28,847 nt of DNA, taken from contig JBHIAI010000009.1 in the NCBI GenBank assembly GCA_046861655.1, forward strand, positions 1 through 28,847. Reading direction: 5' to 3'. Under the pieces are notes generated by a model. That model did no database searches, had not been told where the DNA came from, and was given only the letters and a program-made list of their open reading frames with translations. A program made the translations under genes and the position numbers. The DNA is from Fidelibacterota bacterium. GTDB taxonomy: Bacteria; Fidelibacterota; Marinisomatia; Marinisomatales; S15-B10. The number at the start of each line of letters is the position of its first letter. Within the stretch, counting starts at the first letter, position 1. Below are positions 16,352 through 25,661 of this stretch, one piece after another.

Positions 16352-17850
16352 ATGATGAGAATTCAGGGTCAATCCTTCCGCACAGATGACTTCAAGAGTC
16401 CGTTGCTTGGACCGGCAAAGGTCCGGATTTCTGCCGGGGTCAGGAAGAAGGTGGAACGAAGTTACTCCGTCCTGACTGAAAAACTCCAGGAGGGAGAAAC
16501 CGTGTACGGTGCGAATACCGGGTTCGGGGCCTTTAGTCAGGAGGTCATTCCCGAAGCAAACCGGAGGGAACTTCAGCTGAACCTGGTACGAAGCCACGCC
16601 ACGGGGACGGGGAAGCCCTTTGACGCGGGCGTTACACGGATCATTCTTCTTCTGAAGCTCATCAATCTGTGCATGGGCTACAGCGGAGTCCGGTGGGAAG
16701 TCGTTCGTCAATTGAGGGACTTCTTGAATCACGATATTCTCCCTGTAATCCCCTCCCGGGGATCCGTGGGAGCGAGCGGCGATCTGGCCCCTTTATCCCA
16801 TATGGCCCTGGCCCTGATTGGTGAAGGGGAAGTCCACTTTCGTGATCGGGTTCTTCCCAGCATGGTGGTGTTGCGTGAGGTAGGGTTGCAGCCCCTGGTT
16901 CTTGAACCCAAAGAAGGCCTGAGTCTTATCAACGGAACCCAGGTTTCCGCAGCCCTGGGAATCCTGGGAGTGATTCGGCCGACATTGTGGGCGCTATGTC
17001 CGTGGAAGCAGCCCTCTGTTCTCGGCGTGTTTTCGAACCGTCCTTGCATCGGTTGAAGAGACACAGGGGACAGGTTCAGGCAGCCACCAACGTGTGGAAG
17101 CTTCTGACCTCCAGCGATATCGTCGCATCCCATAAGGGATGTGGGACCGTTCAGGATCCCTACAGTTTCCGCTGTCTTCCTCACATCCACGGGGCCTGTC
17201 GGGAGCAGTTTTTTTCAGCCCGGAGGATCGTGGAAAATGAAGTAAACAGTGTGAGCGACAATCCCCTGGTTCTTTCTGATAAGGGAAGAATCGGCGTTTC
17301 CGGTCATTTCCATGGAGAGATGGTGGCCCAGGCCCTCGATTCCCTGGCCATTGCCGCCGCGGAGATTGGGGCCGTTTCGGAACGGCGTCTCGTCCGACTC
17401 CTGGAGGGAATCGAGGGAAAGATTCCCAGATTCCTGGTCCACAGAACCGGTGTGGAATCGGGGTTCATGATGGCTCAGGTGACAGCGGCTTCCCTGGTGT
17501 CGGAGAATAAGACCCAGGGGTTTCCCGCTTCTGTGGATTCCATACCCACTCAGAGCAATCAGGAGGATTTCGTTCCCATGGCCCCCTGGGCGGGACGAAA
17601 ACTCCTTCGAATCCTGAACAATGTGGCCAGGATACTGGGGATTGAGCTCCTGGTGGCCGCTCAGATGCTGGATATGCATCGCCCCTTGCGTCCTGCCCCC
17701 GCCACCGCCAGGGTGAGGGCTCTCGTGAGGCGCCATATCAAGTTTTCCAGGCACGACAGGGTACTGTCGGGTGATATGGAGAGAGCCGCCCATTTGATCC
17801 TGACCGGCAAGGTGGTCACTGCGGTGGAATCGAAAACAGAATTGCAGTAG
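16352..17850 (+). pseudogene. hutH: Histidine ammonia-lyase, frameshifted near 16970 (ORFs 16352-17056 and 16987-17850)
   Basis: 5' part has YGANTGFG, LVRSHA, MIO motif GSVGASGDLAPL, KEGLSLINGTQ; 3' part in the -1 frame has QDPYSFRC, NSVSDNP, NQED; homology switches frame at 16961-16980. Sequencing/assembly error not excluded. Confidence 0.85.
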
Positions 17851-17853
17851 ATC

Positions 17854-19335
17854 ATGGTCCGTACCCGAGAGTTCAGAAGAGGTTTCACTTTTGATGATGT
17901 ACTGCTGGTACCCCGGCACTCCGACGTTTTGCCCCGGGATGTGGACGTGTCTTCCCCCTTCGCCGGGGGTATTCGGCTCAACGTTCCCATCATCAGTGCC
18001 GCCATGGATACCGTCACGGAGAGTCAGATGGCCATAGCCATGGCCCGGGAGGGGGCCCTGGGAGTTCTCCACAAGAACATGTCCATCGAAAAACAGGCCA
18101 GGCAGGTAGTTCAGGTGAAGCGGGCAGAAAGCGGTGTCATACTGAAACCCATCACTCTATCTCCGGACAGAACGGTCCGGGACGCTATCAAGGTGATGAA
18201 AGAACACCACATATCCGGTCTGCCTGTGGTGGATGGGGAACGGAAACTTCAGGGGATCGTCACGGAGAGGGACATCCGGTTTCAAACGGATCTGGACCAG
18301 CCCGTATCCGGGTGTATGACCAAGGACAACCTGGTCACTGCCCCCCTGGGCACCACTCTATCGGAAGCCAAGGCCATTCTCCAGGAGCACCGCATCGAAA
18401 AGCTCCTGCTGGTGGAGTCCGACGGCCGCCTTGCGGGGATGGTGACTGTCCGGGATATCTTGATGAAGCAAAAGCATCCGAACGCATCCCTGGATGACAG
18501 AGGGCGATTGAGGGTCACGGCGGCTATCGGTGTCACCCCGGACGTTCTTGACAGGGCCGGCGCTCTGGTTCAGGAGGGTGTGGATGCTCTGATTCTGGAT
18601 TCCGCTCACGGTTATTCCATGGGGGTTCTACGAACCCTGGAAAAGGTGAAAGCGAAGTTCTCGGACGTCCCCCTTGTGGCAGGAAACGTTGCGACGGCTG
18701 AAGGGACCCGGGCCCTGATTGAGCGAGGCGCGGACACTGTCAAGGTGGGAATGGGTGCCGGAGCCAGTTGCACTACCCGGGTGGTGGCGGGAATCGGCGT
18801 TCCCCAGCTCACTGCCCTCCTGGATTGTGCTGAAGAGGCCTCCAGGGCGGAGATTCCCATCATTGCCGATGGGGGTATCCGCTACTCGGGCGACATAGCC
18901 AAATCCATTGCCGCCGGTTCCAGTTGTGTCATGCTGGGGAGCCTCCTTGCGGGTTTGGACGAGAGTCCCGGCGAAATCATCATCCGTGAGGGGCGCCAGT
19001 ACAAGTCTTACCGGGGCATGGGATCCATGGGTCCCATGAAAGAAAGGGGCGCCGATCGTTACTTCCAGGACGGGGAGGAGAATGTGAAGCTGGTGCCTGA
19101 AGGGGTAGAGGGATTGGTTCCCTACCAGGGAAACGTGAATCAGGTCCTGTACCAGCTTGTGGGGGGCCTGCGGGCCAGCATGGGGTACTGCGGAGCCCGG
19201 ACCATTGAGGAAATGCAGTCAAAAACGGAATTCATCGTTATTTCCCCGGCTTCTTACAGGGAGGGTCATCCTCACGATGTAAGGATCGTCAGGGAAGCCC
19301 CCAACTACCATGTTCTGGACAGGCCCCAGCAGTAG
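17854..19335 (+). CDS. guaB: IMP dehydrogenase with CBS pair
   Basis: FTFDDVLLVP, SAAMDTVTE, catalytic loop ..CTTRVVAG, ADGGIRYSGD, YRGMGS, VPEGVEG. Confidence 0.98.
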   Translation: MVRTREFRRGFTFDDVLLVPRHSDVLPRDVDVSSPFAGGIRLNVPIISAAMDTVTESQMAIAMAREGALGVLHKNMSIEKQARQVVQVKRAESGVILKPITLSPDRTVRDAIKVMKEHHISGLPVVDGERKLQGIVTERDIRFQTDLDQPVSGCMTKDNLVTAPLGTTLSEAKAILQEHRIEKLLLVESDGRLAGMVTVRDILMKQKHPNASLDDRGRLRVTAAIGVTPDVLDRAGALVQEGVDALILDSAHGYSMGVLRTLEKVKAKFSDVPLVAGNVATAEGTRALIERGADTVKVGMGAGASCTTRVVAGIGVPQLTALLDCAEEASRAEIPIIADGGIRYSGDIAKSIAAGSSCVMLGSLLAGLDESPGEIIIREGRQYKSYRGMGSMGPMKERGADRYFQDGEENVKLVPEGVEGLVPYQGNVNQVLYQLVGGLRASMGYCGARTIEEMQSKTEFIVISPASYREGHPHDVRIVREAPNYHVLDRPQQ

Positions 19336-19370
19336 ACAGTTAGCGGTTGGCAGTAGGCCCTGGGCAGGAA
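19329..19370. repeat. Degenerate 7-bp tandem tract
   Basis: gcagtag acagtta gcggttg gcagtag gccctgg gcaggaa; first unit contains the guaB stop codon. Confidence 0.55.
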
Positions 19371-19485
19371 ATGAAGCTAAAACGGCGTGCCTTATCCCTG
19401 AACAGGGGTGGAAGGCGAAGACCGGAGGCAGGAAAAGATGGAGTATTGCAGGGTTGGAGAGAGTAACGGGTTTGCTTGGGATATT

Positions 19486-19513
19486 GAGCGTCTAACGTCG
19501 AGCGTCTAACGTT
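19486..19513. repeat. Tandem 14-bp direct repeat GAGCGTCTAACGT(C/T) x2 (7-bp sub-period)
   Basis: gagcgtc taacgtc gagcgtc taacgtt, just downstream of the rpsT stop. Confidence 0.75.
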
Positions 19514-19524
19514 CAACTCGGGAA

Positions 19525-19782
19525 TCAGGAGAGGGAATTCAGATGGCGGCTCAATGTCGACTTTTTTCTTGCCGCCAGGTTGCGGTGGATAATGCCCTTC
19601 GCGGCCAGACGATCCAGGAGGGACACGGCCTCGCGGTACATAGGCTCGGCCTGTTTCTTGTCCGATGAAGACACTACTTTCTTGACCAACGTCTTCATCT
19701 GCGAGGTATAGCTTCTGTTTCTTTGATATCGCTTTCGTTGCTGCCTGAGGCGCTTGCGAACGGATCTGGTCTTTCCAGCCAT
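19525..19782 (-). CDS. rpsT: 30S ribosomal protein S20
   Basis: 85 aa, basic; SVRKRLRQ..KR..RNRSY.SQMKT..KK, LDRLAAKGIIHRNLAARKKSTL. Confidence 0.96.
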   Translation of the reverse strand: MAGKTRSVRKRLRQQRKRYQRNRSYTSQMKTLVKKVVSSSDKKQAEPMYREAVSLLDRLAAKGIIHRNLAARKKSTLSRHLNSLS

Positions 19783-19810
19783 ATGGTATTTTCCCTAGAA
19801 TTGAGTGGTG

Positions 19811-19838
19811 AATTTATCACCCCTCGGTGCAGGATCAA
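19811..19838 (-). promoter_or_regulatory. Putative rpsT promoter (TTGATC-16 nt-TAAATT, extended -10 TGn)
   Basis: Minus strand ttgatc ctgcaccgaggggtga taaatt. Confidence 0.4.
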
Positions 19839-19879
19839 AATTATTTTGAATTTATGGTTCCCCACAGTAGTTTCTCGAC

Positions 19880-20560
19880 ATGACGGATCTTGATCTTCTG
19901 TCAACAGTCCCGATTTTTTCCGACCTAACGGCCTCGGCTCTGGAAGAGGTTCTGTCCACCATGAGCAAAAGGACCTTCCGGAAGCAGAACATGATCTTGA
20001 TGGAGGACGAATTCGGGGATACCTTTTTTATCATCACCAGGGGAAGCGTAAAGATAACGCGAGTCAGCGAAGACGGCCGGGAAGTCATTCTCGCCATTCT
20101 TGGCGAAGGGGAGTTCTTTGGAGAGATGTCGCTTCTCGATGGCGAAACCCGGTCGGCAAACGTTATCGCCCTGGAGGATTCTGAAGCACTTATCCTCAAA
20201 CGCCACGACTTCCTGGCCATCCTGGAAAAATACCCCAAGATCGCCATCGCTCTTCTTACTGAACTCGCCACGCGCATTCGAAAGAGTAATGTTCAGATCG
20301 AGAGTCTATCCCTGAGTGACGCGGAACACCGTATAGGGATCACGCTTCTTCGTCTCGCTGAGGAACTGGGAACCATCCGCAAGGGGGTGGTTCATATCAA
20401 CAATCTCCCCTATCAGCAAGATATCGCGAATATGGCTGGTACCTCTCGTGAAACCGTGTCCAGAATGATGAAGCTGCTGGAAGAAAAGGGGATGATAGAG
20501 CTTCGCGGTCATTCTCTTTCTATCCCGGACTACACTCAGTTCCGGCGCACGTTTGGCTAA
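19880..20560 (+). CDS. Crp/Fnr family transcriptional regulator
   Basis: cNMP-binding domain GEFFGEMSLLDGETRSANV; HTH QQDIANMAGTSRETVSR. Confidence 0.95.
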   Translation: MTDLDLLSTVPIFSDLTASALEEVLSTMSKRTFRKQNMILMEDEFGDTFFIITRGSVKITRVSEDGREVILAILGEGEFFGEMSLLDGETRSANVIALEDSEALILKRHDFLAILEKYPKIAIALLTELATRIRKSNVQIESLSLSDAEHRIGITLLRLAEELGTIRKGVVHINNLPYQQDIANMAGTSRETVSRMMKLLEEKGMIELRGHSLSIPDYTQFRRTFG

Positions 20561-20620
20561 CACCGGCCGTTCACGGATTCCTTCCCCGGGCTCTTCCACT
20601 CACCCTAACCCGAACCAGAA

Positions 20621-21565
20621 ATGAATCCAGAACTCCTGAGTCGCCTCAGGAAGAACGATATTCGAACGGTTTCCAGGCTAATCTCCCGGGCTGAGAACGG
20701 AGATTCGTCCCTTGACATGGATCTGGACAGCCTGTATCCCTACACTCAGGAGGGGGTCAGGATCGGGATGACGGGAGCGCCGGGGGTGGGAAAGAGTACC
20801 CTCATAGATACCCTTGTTTCGCACATGAGATCCGATGGGAAGGCGGTGGGTGTGATTTCCGTTGACCCTACCAGTCCATTCTCAGGGGGAGCCTTGCTCG
20901 GTGACAGGATAAGAATGACCCGGCATGCGGCTGACCCGAACGTTTTCATTCGAAGTATGGGCAGCCGGGGTCACCCCGGAGGACTTGCCAGGACCACTCA
21001 TCTGGTGGCGGATATTCTGGCCTGCACGGGAAAAGACTACGTTCTCGTTGAAACCATCGGGGTGGGTCAGGCAGAAACGGACATTGTGCAATACGTAGAT
21101 CTGACCATCGTGGTTCTGGTCCCCGAGTCGGGAGATGAGATTCAGATCATGAAGGCAGGACCGGTAGAGGTGGCGGATTTGTTCGTGATCAATAAGGCCG
21201 ACAGGGAAGGCGCGGACCGGATCGGAAGCATGCTGGAGGAGCATATCTCGGAATCTCTCCAGAAGCGGGAAATCGTTCCGGAGGTTCTCAGAACCACGGC
21301 CACCAAAGGGGAAGGGGTGGAAAGGTTGTACGAAAAGTGCCTCCAGCTTGTGGAAGCAATGAAAGCTTCCGGCACCTTTGCCCGGAGGAGGAAGATCCAG
21401 TACCTCGCCCGGGTGCGGAATGCGGTCAGAGAAGAATTGTCCCGTCAGTTCTGGAACGACGCTCGAGAAGAGGCAGTGAGGGGAAGGGTCAAACAATTCA
21501 TGGAGGAAAAGGTCTCTCCGTACGAAGCCGCCCGGAGGATCATGGAGGATTTATCCTCTGATTAG
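20621..21565 (+). CDS. meaB: MeaB/ArgK family GTPase (B12-dependent mutase metallochaperone)
   Basis: GAPGVGKST, DPTSPFSGGALLGDRIRM, ETIGVGQAE, NKAD. Confidence 0.94.
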   Translation: MNPELLSRLRKNDIRTVSRLISRAENGDSSLDMDLDSLYPYTQEGVRIGMTGAPGVGKSTLIDTLVSHMRSDGKAVGVISVDPTSPFSGGALLGDRIRMTRHAADPNVFIRSMGSRGHPGGLARTTHLVADILACTGKDYVLVETIGVGQAETDIVQYVDLTIVVLVPESGDEIQIMKAGPVEVADLFVINKADREGADRIGSMLEEHISESLQKREIVPEVLRTTATKGEGVERLYEKCLQLVEAMKASGTFARRRKIQYLARVRNAVREELSRQFWNDAREEAVRGRVKQFMEEKVSPYEAARRIMEDLSSD

Positions 21566-22290
21566 TGGACATGAAAGGCACGGCTGAAATGACTTTTCTG
21601 GACCATCTGGAGGAGTTGAGGTGGAGAATCGTCAAAGCCCTGGCGGGTGTCATCGTGGGTGCTATCGTGGTGTTTATCTTCATGGATCCGGTGTTCGCCA
21701 TTCTCCTTCGTCCGGCAACAGAATTGGACGTTCCTCCCGACTTGCAGGTATTGAAGGTTCAAGGCATGTTCCTCCTGAAATGGGGCATTGCTCTCGTTGG
21801 CGGGCTGGTTCTGGCCCTCCCCGTGGTCACCTATCAGATCTGGAGGTTTGTGGCTCCGGGTCTTCTGGAGAATGAGCGAAGATATGCGCTGCCGGTTATC
21901 GTTTTCAGCTTCCTGGCATTCAGTGCCGGGATACTTTTCGCTTACTACGTCATCATCCCCTTTTCCCTGGAATTCTTCACGTCCATGGGATACGTGGACG
22001 TGAGGAACAACTTCTCAATAAACTACTACTTCAGCTATGTTCTGTGGGTCCTGGTGGCGGCGGGGCTGGTCTTCGAGCTGCCGGTATTGGTGGTGATCCT
22101 TTCGTCCATAGGGCTTGTCACTCCGGCTTTTATGCGGCACTACCGGCGGCATGCATGGGTGGCTATCGTGGTCCTGTCAGCTCTGATCACCCCTCCTGAC
22201 CCTATGAGCCTGTTGATGATGGCTCTGCCCCTGGTGGTGCTGTACGAAACAAGTATTTTTCTTTCCCACCTTTTCGCGCCCAAGATTTGA
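21565..22290 (+). CDS. tatC: Twin-arginine translocase subunit TatC (start GTG 21565 or ATG 21571)
   Basis: MTFLDHLEELRWR, YQIWRFVAPGL..E, FELP, ITPPDP..., LYE. Confidence 0.96.
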   Translation: MDMKGTAEMTFLDHLEELRWRIVKALAGVIVGAIVVFIFMDPVFAILLRPATELDVPPDLQVLKVQGMFLLKWGIALVGGLVLALPVVTYQIWRFVAPGLLENERRYALPVIVFSFLAFSAGILFAYYVIIPFSLEFFTSMGYVDVRNNFSINYYFSYVLWVLVAAGLVFELPVLVVILSSIGLVTPAFMRHYRRHAWVAIVVLSALITPPDPMSLLMMALPLVVLYETSIFLSHLFAPKI

Positions 22291-22306
22291 CTGCCGTTGA
22301 TGGAGG

Positions 22307-23314
22307 ATGGGAGCTAAATTTGAATCTATGAGGAAATCGAGCGAACTCAAGAGGATTATCGAGCCCATCGTCGAAGACATGCGGCTGTTTCAGAGGGAGT
22401 TCGAAGATGCTCTGCGGAGCGAAGTCAGACTCATCAACATCATTTCAAAATACCTCATCCGTCACAAGGGCAAAGGCATCAGACCCATCGTCACTATGCT
22501 GTCCGCCAGGATGGCCGGACATCCCACTCTCAACAGTTACAAAGCCGCGGCCATGGTGGAGCTTCTGCACATCGCCACCCTGATGCACGACGACGTGGTG
22601 GACAACGCGGAGAAAAGGCGAGGGTTTCCCACCGTCAACCGTATCTGGAAAAACAAGACTTCCATCATTATGGGGGACTTTCTTCTGAGTAAGGTCCTGA
22701 CCAATGTCATCCGCCTCAGAGATTTTGAAGCCCTGGATCTCATTTCCAAAACAGCGGAGAAACTGAGTTCGGGAGAAATGCTTCAGATCGAAAGAAGCTT
22801 CAGGAAAACCATGACGGAAGAGGTCTACTACCGGATGATCAGGGACAAAACGGCTTCCCTCATCTCGACCTGCTGTGAACTGGGGGTCATGACGACTTCC
22901 AAAGATGAATCCCAGAAGGAGGCCCTGGGGTCCTACGGGGAAAACCTGGGAATGGCGTTTCAGATCAGGGACGACCTGTTTGACATACTGGGCTCGGAGC
23001 ATACCACCGGGAAGGATACCCACTCCGATGTGGCAAAGAATATGATTACCTTGCCGATCATCCATACGCTCTCATCGCCCCTGAGTCCCGCTGAGAGAAA
23101 ACACATCGAACGTACCCTTTCCAACGGTGCCACCCGGAAAGAGATGAAAAGGCTCAAGGAAATCGTAACGGAGCATGGCGGCTTTGATTATGCCAGGCAG
23201 AAGATCAGCGAATACTCCGATCAGGCCGTTGAGAGACTCGCCCTGTTCCCGGATAGTCCCTACAAGCGGTCGTTGATTGACCTGGCGGTCTACAATTCTC
23301 AACGGACCTCGTAG
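22307..23314 (+). CDS. Polyprenyl diphosphate synthase (IspB-like)
   Basis: GKGIRP, ELLHIATLMHDDVVD..EKRRG, KTASL, FQIRDDLFD; start may be 22328. Confidence 0.93.
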   Translation: MGAKFESMRKSSELKRIIEPIVEDMRLFQREFEDALRSEVRLINIISKYLIRHKGKGIRPIVTMLSARMAGHPTLNSYKAAAMVELLHIATLMHDDVVDNAEKRRGFPTVNRIWKNKTSIIMGDFLLSKVLTNVIRLRDFEALDLISKTAEKLSSGEMLQIERSFRKTMTEEVYYRMIRDKTASLISTCCELGVMTTSKDESQKEALGSYGENLGMAFQIRDDLFDILGSEHTTGKDTHSDVAKNMITLPIIHTLSSPLSPAERKHIERTLSNGATRKEMKRLKEIVTEHGGFDYARQKISEYSDQAVERLALFPDSPYKRSLIDLAVYNSQRTS

Positions 23315-23320
23315 GGTCCG

Positions 23321-24376
23321 TTGTCCATAGGTTTTCTGACTCAAGAGAACGCCGTGGGAACTTGGGACAGGCTTTTGGTGATGAGATTCAGTTCCATAGG
23401 GGACATCATTCTGACCACCCCTGTTCTCGAAAGTCTCAAGTGGGCCCACCCCGACTCTGAGATTCACTTCCTGACGCTGGAGCCCTTCTCCGAGATTTTG
23501 GTCGGGAATCCCCATGTCTCCCGTATCCTTCGTATCTCACGGGATACCAACGCAGTCGGACTCCGCCGGCTGGCCCACACCCTGAAGGAAAGCGGCTATT
23601 CGGCCTACGTGGACTGTCACAATTCCCTTCGTTCCCGGGTTCTTCGCGGGTACTTGAGAAGTCACACGTGGTTCGTGTACCGGAAGCCGAGGCTGGATCG
23701 GTTCCTGTTGTTCAACTTGCACATCAACCGCTTTCCCCGGGGCTACGATGCTCCGTCGGAATACGCGAAGCTCTTTGACCATGAAATCGCAGATCGGCCT
23801 CCGGGCAGACCGAGGCTGTACATCAGCTCCGCCGAAAAACGGAAAAGCCGGCGGTTTCTTGAGGACCGGGGCGTCGCCGGAGAATTCATCGCCCTGATTC
23901 CCGGTGCGTCGTGGAGGACCAAGGAGTGGCTCCCATCCAGGTACATCGAGCTGGCAAACGGTCTGGTCAAAGATGAGGGGATTCCTGTGGTGATCCTGGG
24001 GGGCCCGGGAGATCCCATCTGTGATGAGATTTCCCGGTCTGTCCCTGATGCGGTGAACCTCAAGGGGAAAACGGGTCTCCGGGAATCCCTGGCCATTCTG
24101 GCCTGCGCCCGGGCTGCTATCGGAAGTGACACGGGGCTCACCCACGGGGCGGAGGCGGTAGACACCCCCGTGGTTATGCTTCTGGGTCCCACCTCCAGGG
24201 AAACTGGAGCCTGGGTCCGTCACCCCCGTTCCATGGCTATCACCACCCAGCCGTGGTGTCAACCCTGTTCAAAGAACGGAAGTCGACCCTGCTACAGAAA
24301 AGAACGGATTTGTATGCGTGACATAGACCCCCGACGGGTTTTCTCCTCCCTGAAAAAGGTGATGGCCCAGGCGTGA
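23321..24376 (+). CDS. Glycosyltransferase family 9 (LPS heptosyltransferase-like)
   Basis: RFSSIGDIILTTP, PGASWRTKEW, GSDTGLTHGAEAV, C-terminal CQPC...C...C; start uncertain. Confidence 0.92.
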   Translation: MSIGFLTQENAVGTWDRLLVMRFSSIGDIILTTPVLESLKWAHPDSEIHFLTLEPFSEILVGNPHVSRILRISRDTNAVGLRRLAHTLKESGYSAYVDCHNSLRSRVLRGYLRSHTWFVYRKPRLDRFLLFNLHINRFPRGYDAPSEYAKLFDHEIADRPPGRPRLYISSAEKRKSRRFLEDRGVAGEFIALIPGASWRTKEWLPSRYIELANGLVKDEGIPVVILGGPGDPICDEISRSVPDAVNLKGKTGLRESLAILACARAAIGSDTGLTHGAEAVDTPVVMLLGPTSRETGAWVRHPRSMAITTQPWCQPCSKNGSRPCYRKERICMRDIDPRRVFSSLKKVMAQA

Positions 24377-24377
24377 G

Positions 24378-25661
24378 ATGAAACTCTTCTGGCAGATCCT
24401 GTACAATCTGGGTTTTCTACCGGTTCTGTATCTGGGAAGTGTGGTCCTGTCCCTCTTCAACAAGAAGGTGCGGAAGGGGCTGAAAGGAAGGCGGGACTCC
24501 ATTTCTGTTCTCAAGAAGTTCTTTCGACACAAGGAGCCGGACCGTTTGGTGTACTGGTTTCATGTGGCCTCTCATGGAGAGTACGAGCAGGTGAGGCCAG
24601 TGCTGGGAGGATTGAAGGAAGTGGAACCTGAAGCCGTCACCGTGGTGAGTTTCTTTTCACCTTCGGGATACGAACATGCCCAGGACCCGAACATTGACTG
24701 CAAAGTCTATCTGCCCACCGATTTCTACTGGAACTGCTGGCGCTCCCTCAGGACGGTTCGACCCCATAAGTTGATCTTTGCAGAGTACGACCTGTGGCCC
24801 AACTTTGTCTGGTGTGCCAAACGCCTGGGAATCAGGACCACCCTGTTTTCCGCCAGGATTCACAAAGGCAGTTCGAAAGTGTGGCCCGTCCTGAAGAGTC
24901 TGTACAGACAGGTCTACAAGCACCTGGATTCCGTCTACACCGTCTCTGAAAAGGATTACATCTCCGTACGGAGGCTCCTGGGGCGTAAGAACAGAAGCGT
25001 AGTGAGGGTTTTAGGGAATCCCCGGTACGACCGTGTTCGCGAACTGGCTGAGAAATCCTTTACGGATCAAAACGCCTCGGTGATGGAAAGGGAGAGACGG
25101 CTTATCGCTGGCAGTGTGTGGCCTGAAGATGAAGAGGTAATCCTTCCGTCCATTCTTGAAATCATGTCAACCATGGACGAACTCCTCCTGTTCTGGGTTC
25201 CCCATGAACCTACATCAAAGTTTTTGTCTCGAACCTTGAGATCGTTTGAATCCTCCGGCTTGCCTGCAAAACTGTTCTCCCAATGCAGGGATGGTGACAT
25301 CCAGCACTACCGTGTTATCGTTGTGGACAGGGTCGGTATCCTGGCAGGACTGTACTGGCAGGGACAGATTGCCTATGTCGGTGGTGGGTTCTCCTCGGGG
25401 ATTCACAATGTCATGGAACCTGCCATCGCCCGTCTCCCCATCCTGTTCGGTCCCCGCTTCCACAATTCGGACGCCGCCGAGGAACTTATCGAACTTGGAG
25501 GGGGATTCTGTGTAACCTCTCACCACGAGTTCCAGTCAACCGTAGAACGGCTTCTCAAAGACCAGGATTTTTACCTGAAATCAAGTCTGGCAGCGACGGA
25601 GGTGATTCACCGGAACATCGGTTCGGCAGTCCGGGTGGTGAGAGGCATACTGCGTGACTGA
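24378..25661 (+). CDS. waaA: 3-deoxy-D-manno-octulosonic acid (Kdo) transferase
   Basis: WFHVASHGEYEQ, YLPTD, YDLWPN, GNPRYDRV, YVGGGF..GIHNVMEPA. Confidence 0.9.
   Translation: MKLFWQILYNLGFLPVLYLGSVVLSLFNKKVRKGLKGRRDSISVLKKFFRHKEPDRLVYWFHVASHGEYEQVRPVLGGLKEVEPEAVTVVSFFSPSGYEHAQDPNIDCKVYLPTDFYWNCWRSLRTVRPHKLIFAEYDLWPNFVWCAKRLGIRTTLFSARIHKGSSKVWPVLKSLYRQVYKHLDSVYTVSEKDYISVRRLLGRKNRSVVRVLGNPRYDRVRELAEKSFTDQNASVMERERRLIAGSVWPEDEEVILPSILEIMSTMDELLLFWVPHEPTSKFLSRTLRSFESSGLPAKLFSQCRDGDIQHYRVIVVDRVGILAGLYWQGQIAYVGGGFSSGIHNVMEPAIARLPILFGPRFHNSDAAEELIELGGGFCVTSHHEFQSTVERLLKDQDFYLKSSLAATEVIHRNIGSAVRVVRGILRD

Noticed and set aside
16214..16732. 172-aa minus-strand ORF
   Set aside because: Mostly antisense to hutH; no motifs
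16951..16990. Programmed -1 ribosomal frameshift in hutH
   Set aside because: No convincing X XXY YYZ slippery site at the junction, and about 7 conserved helix residues appear missing, which recoding would not restore
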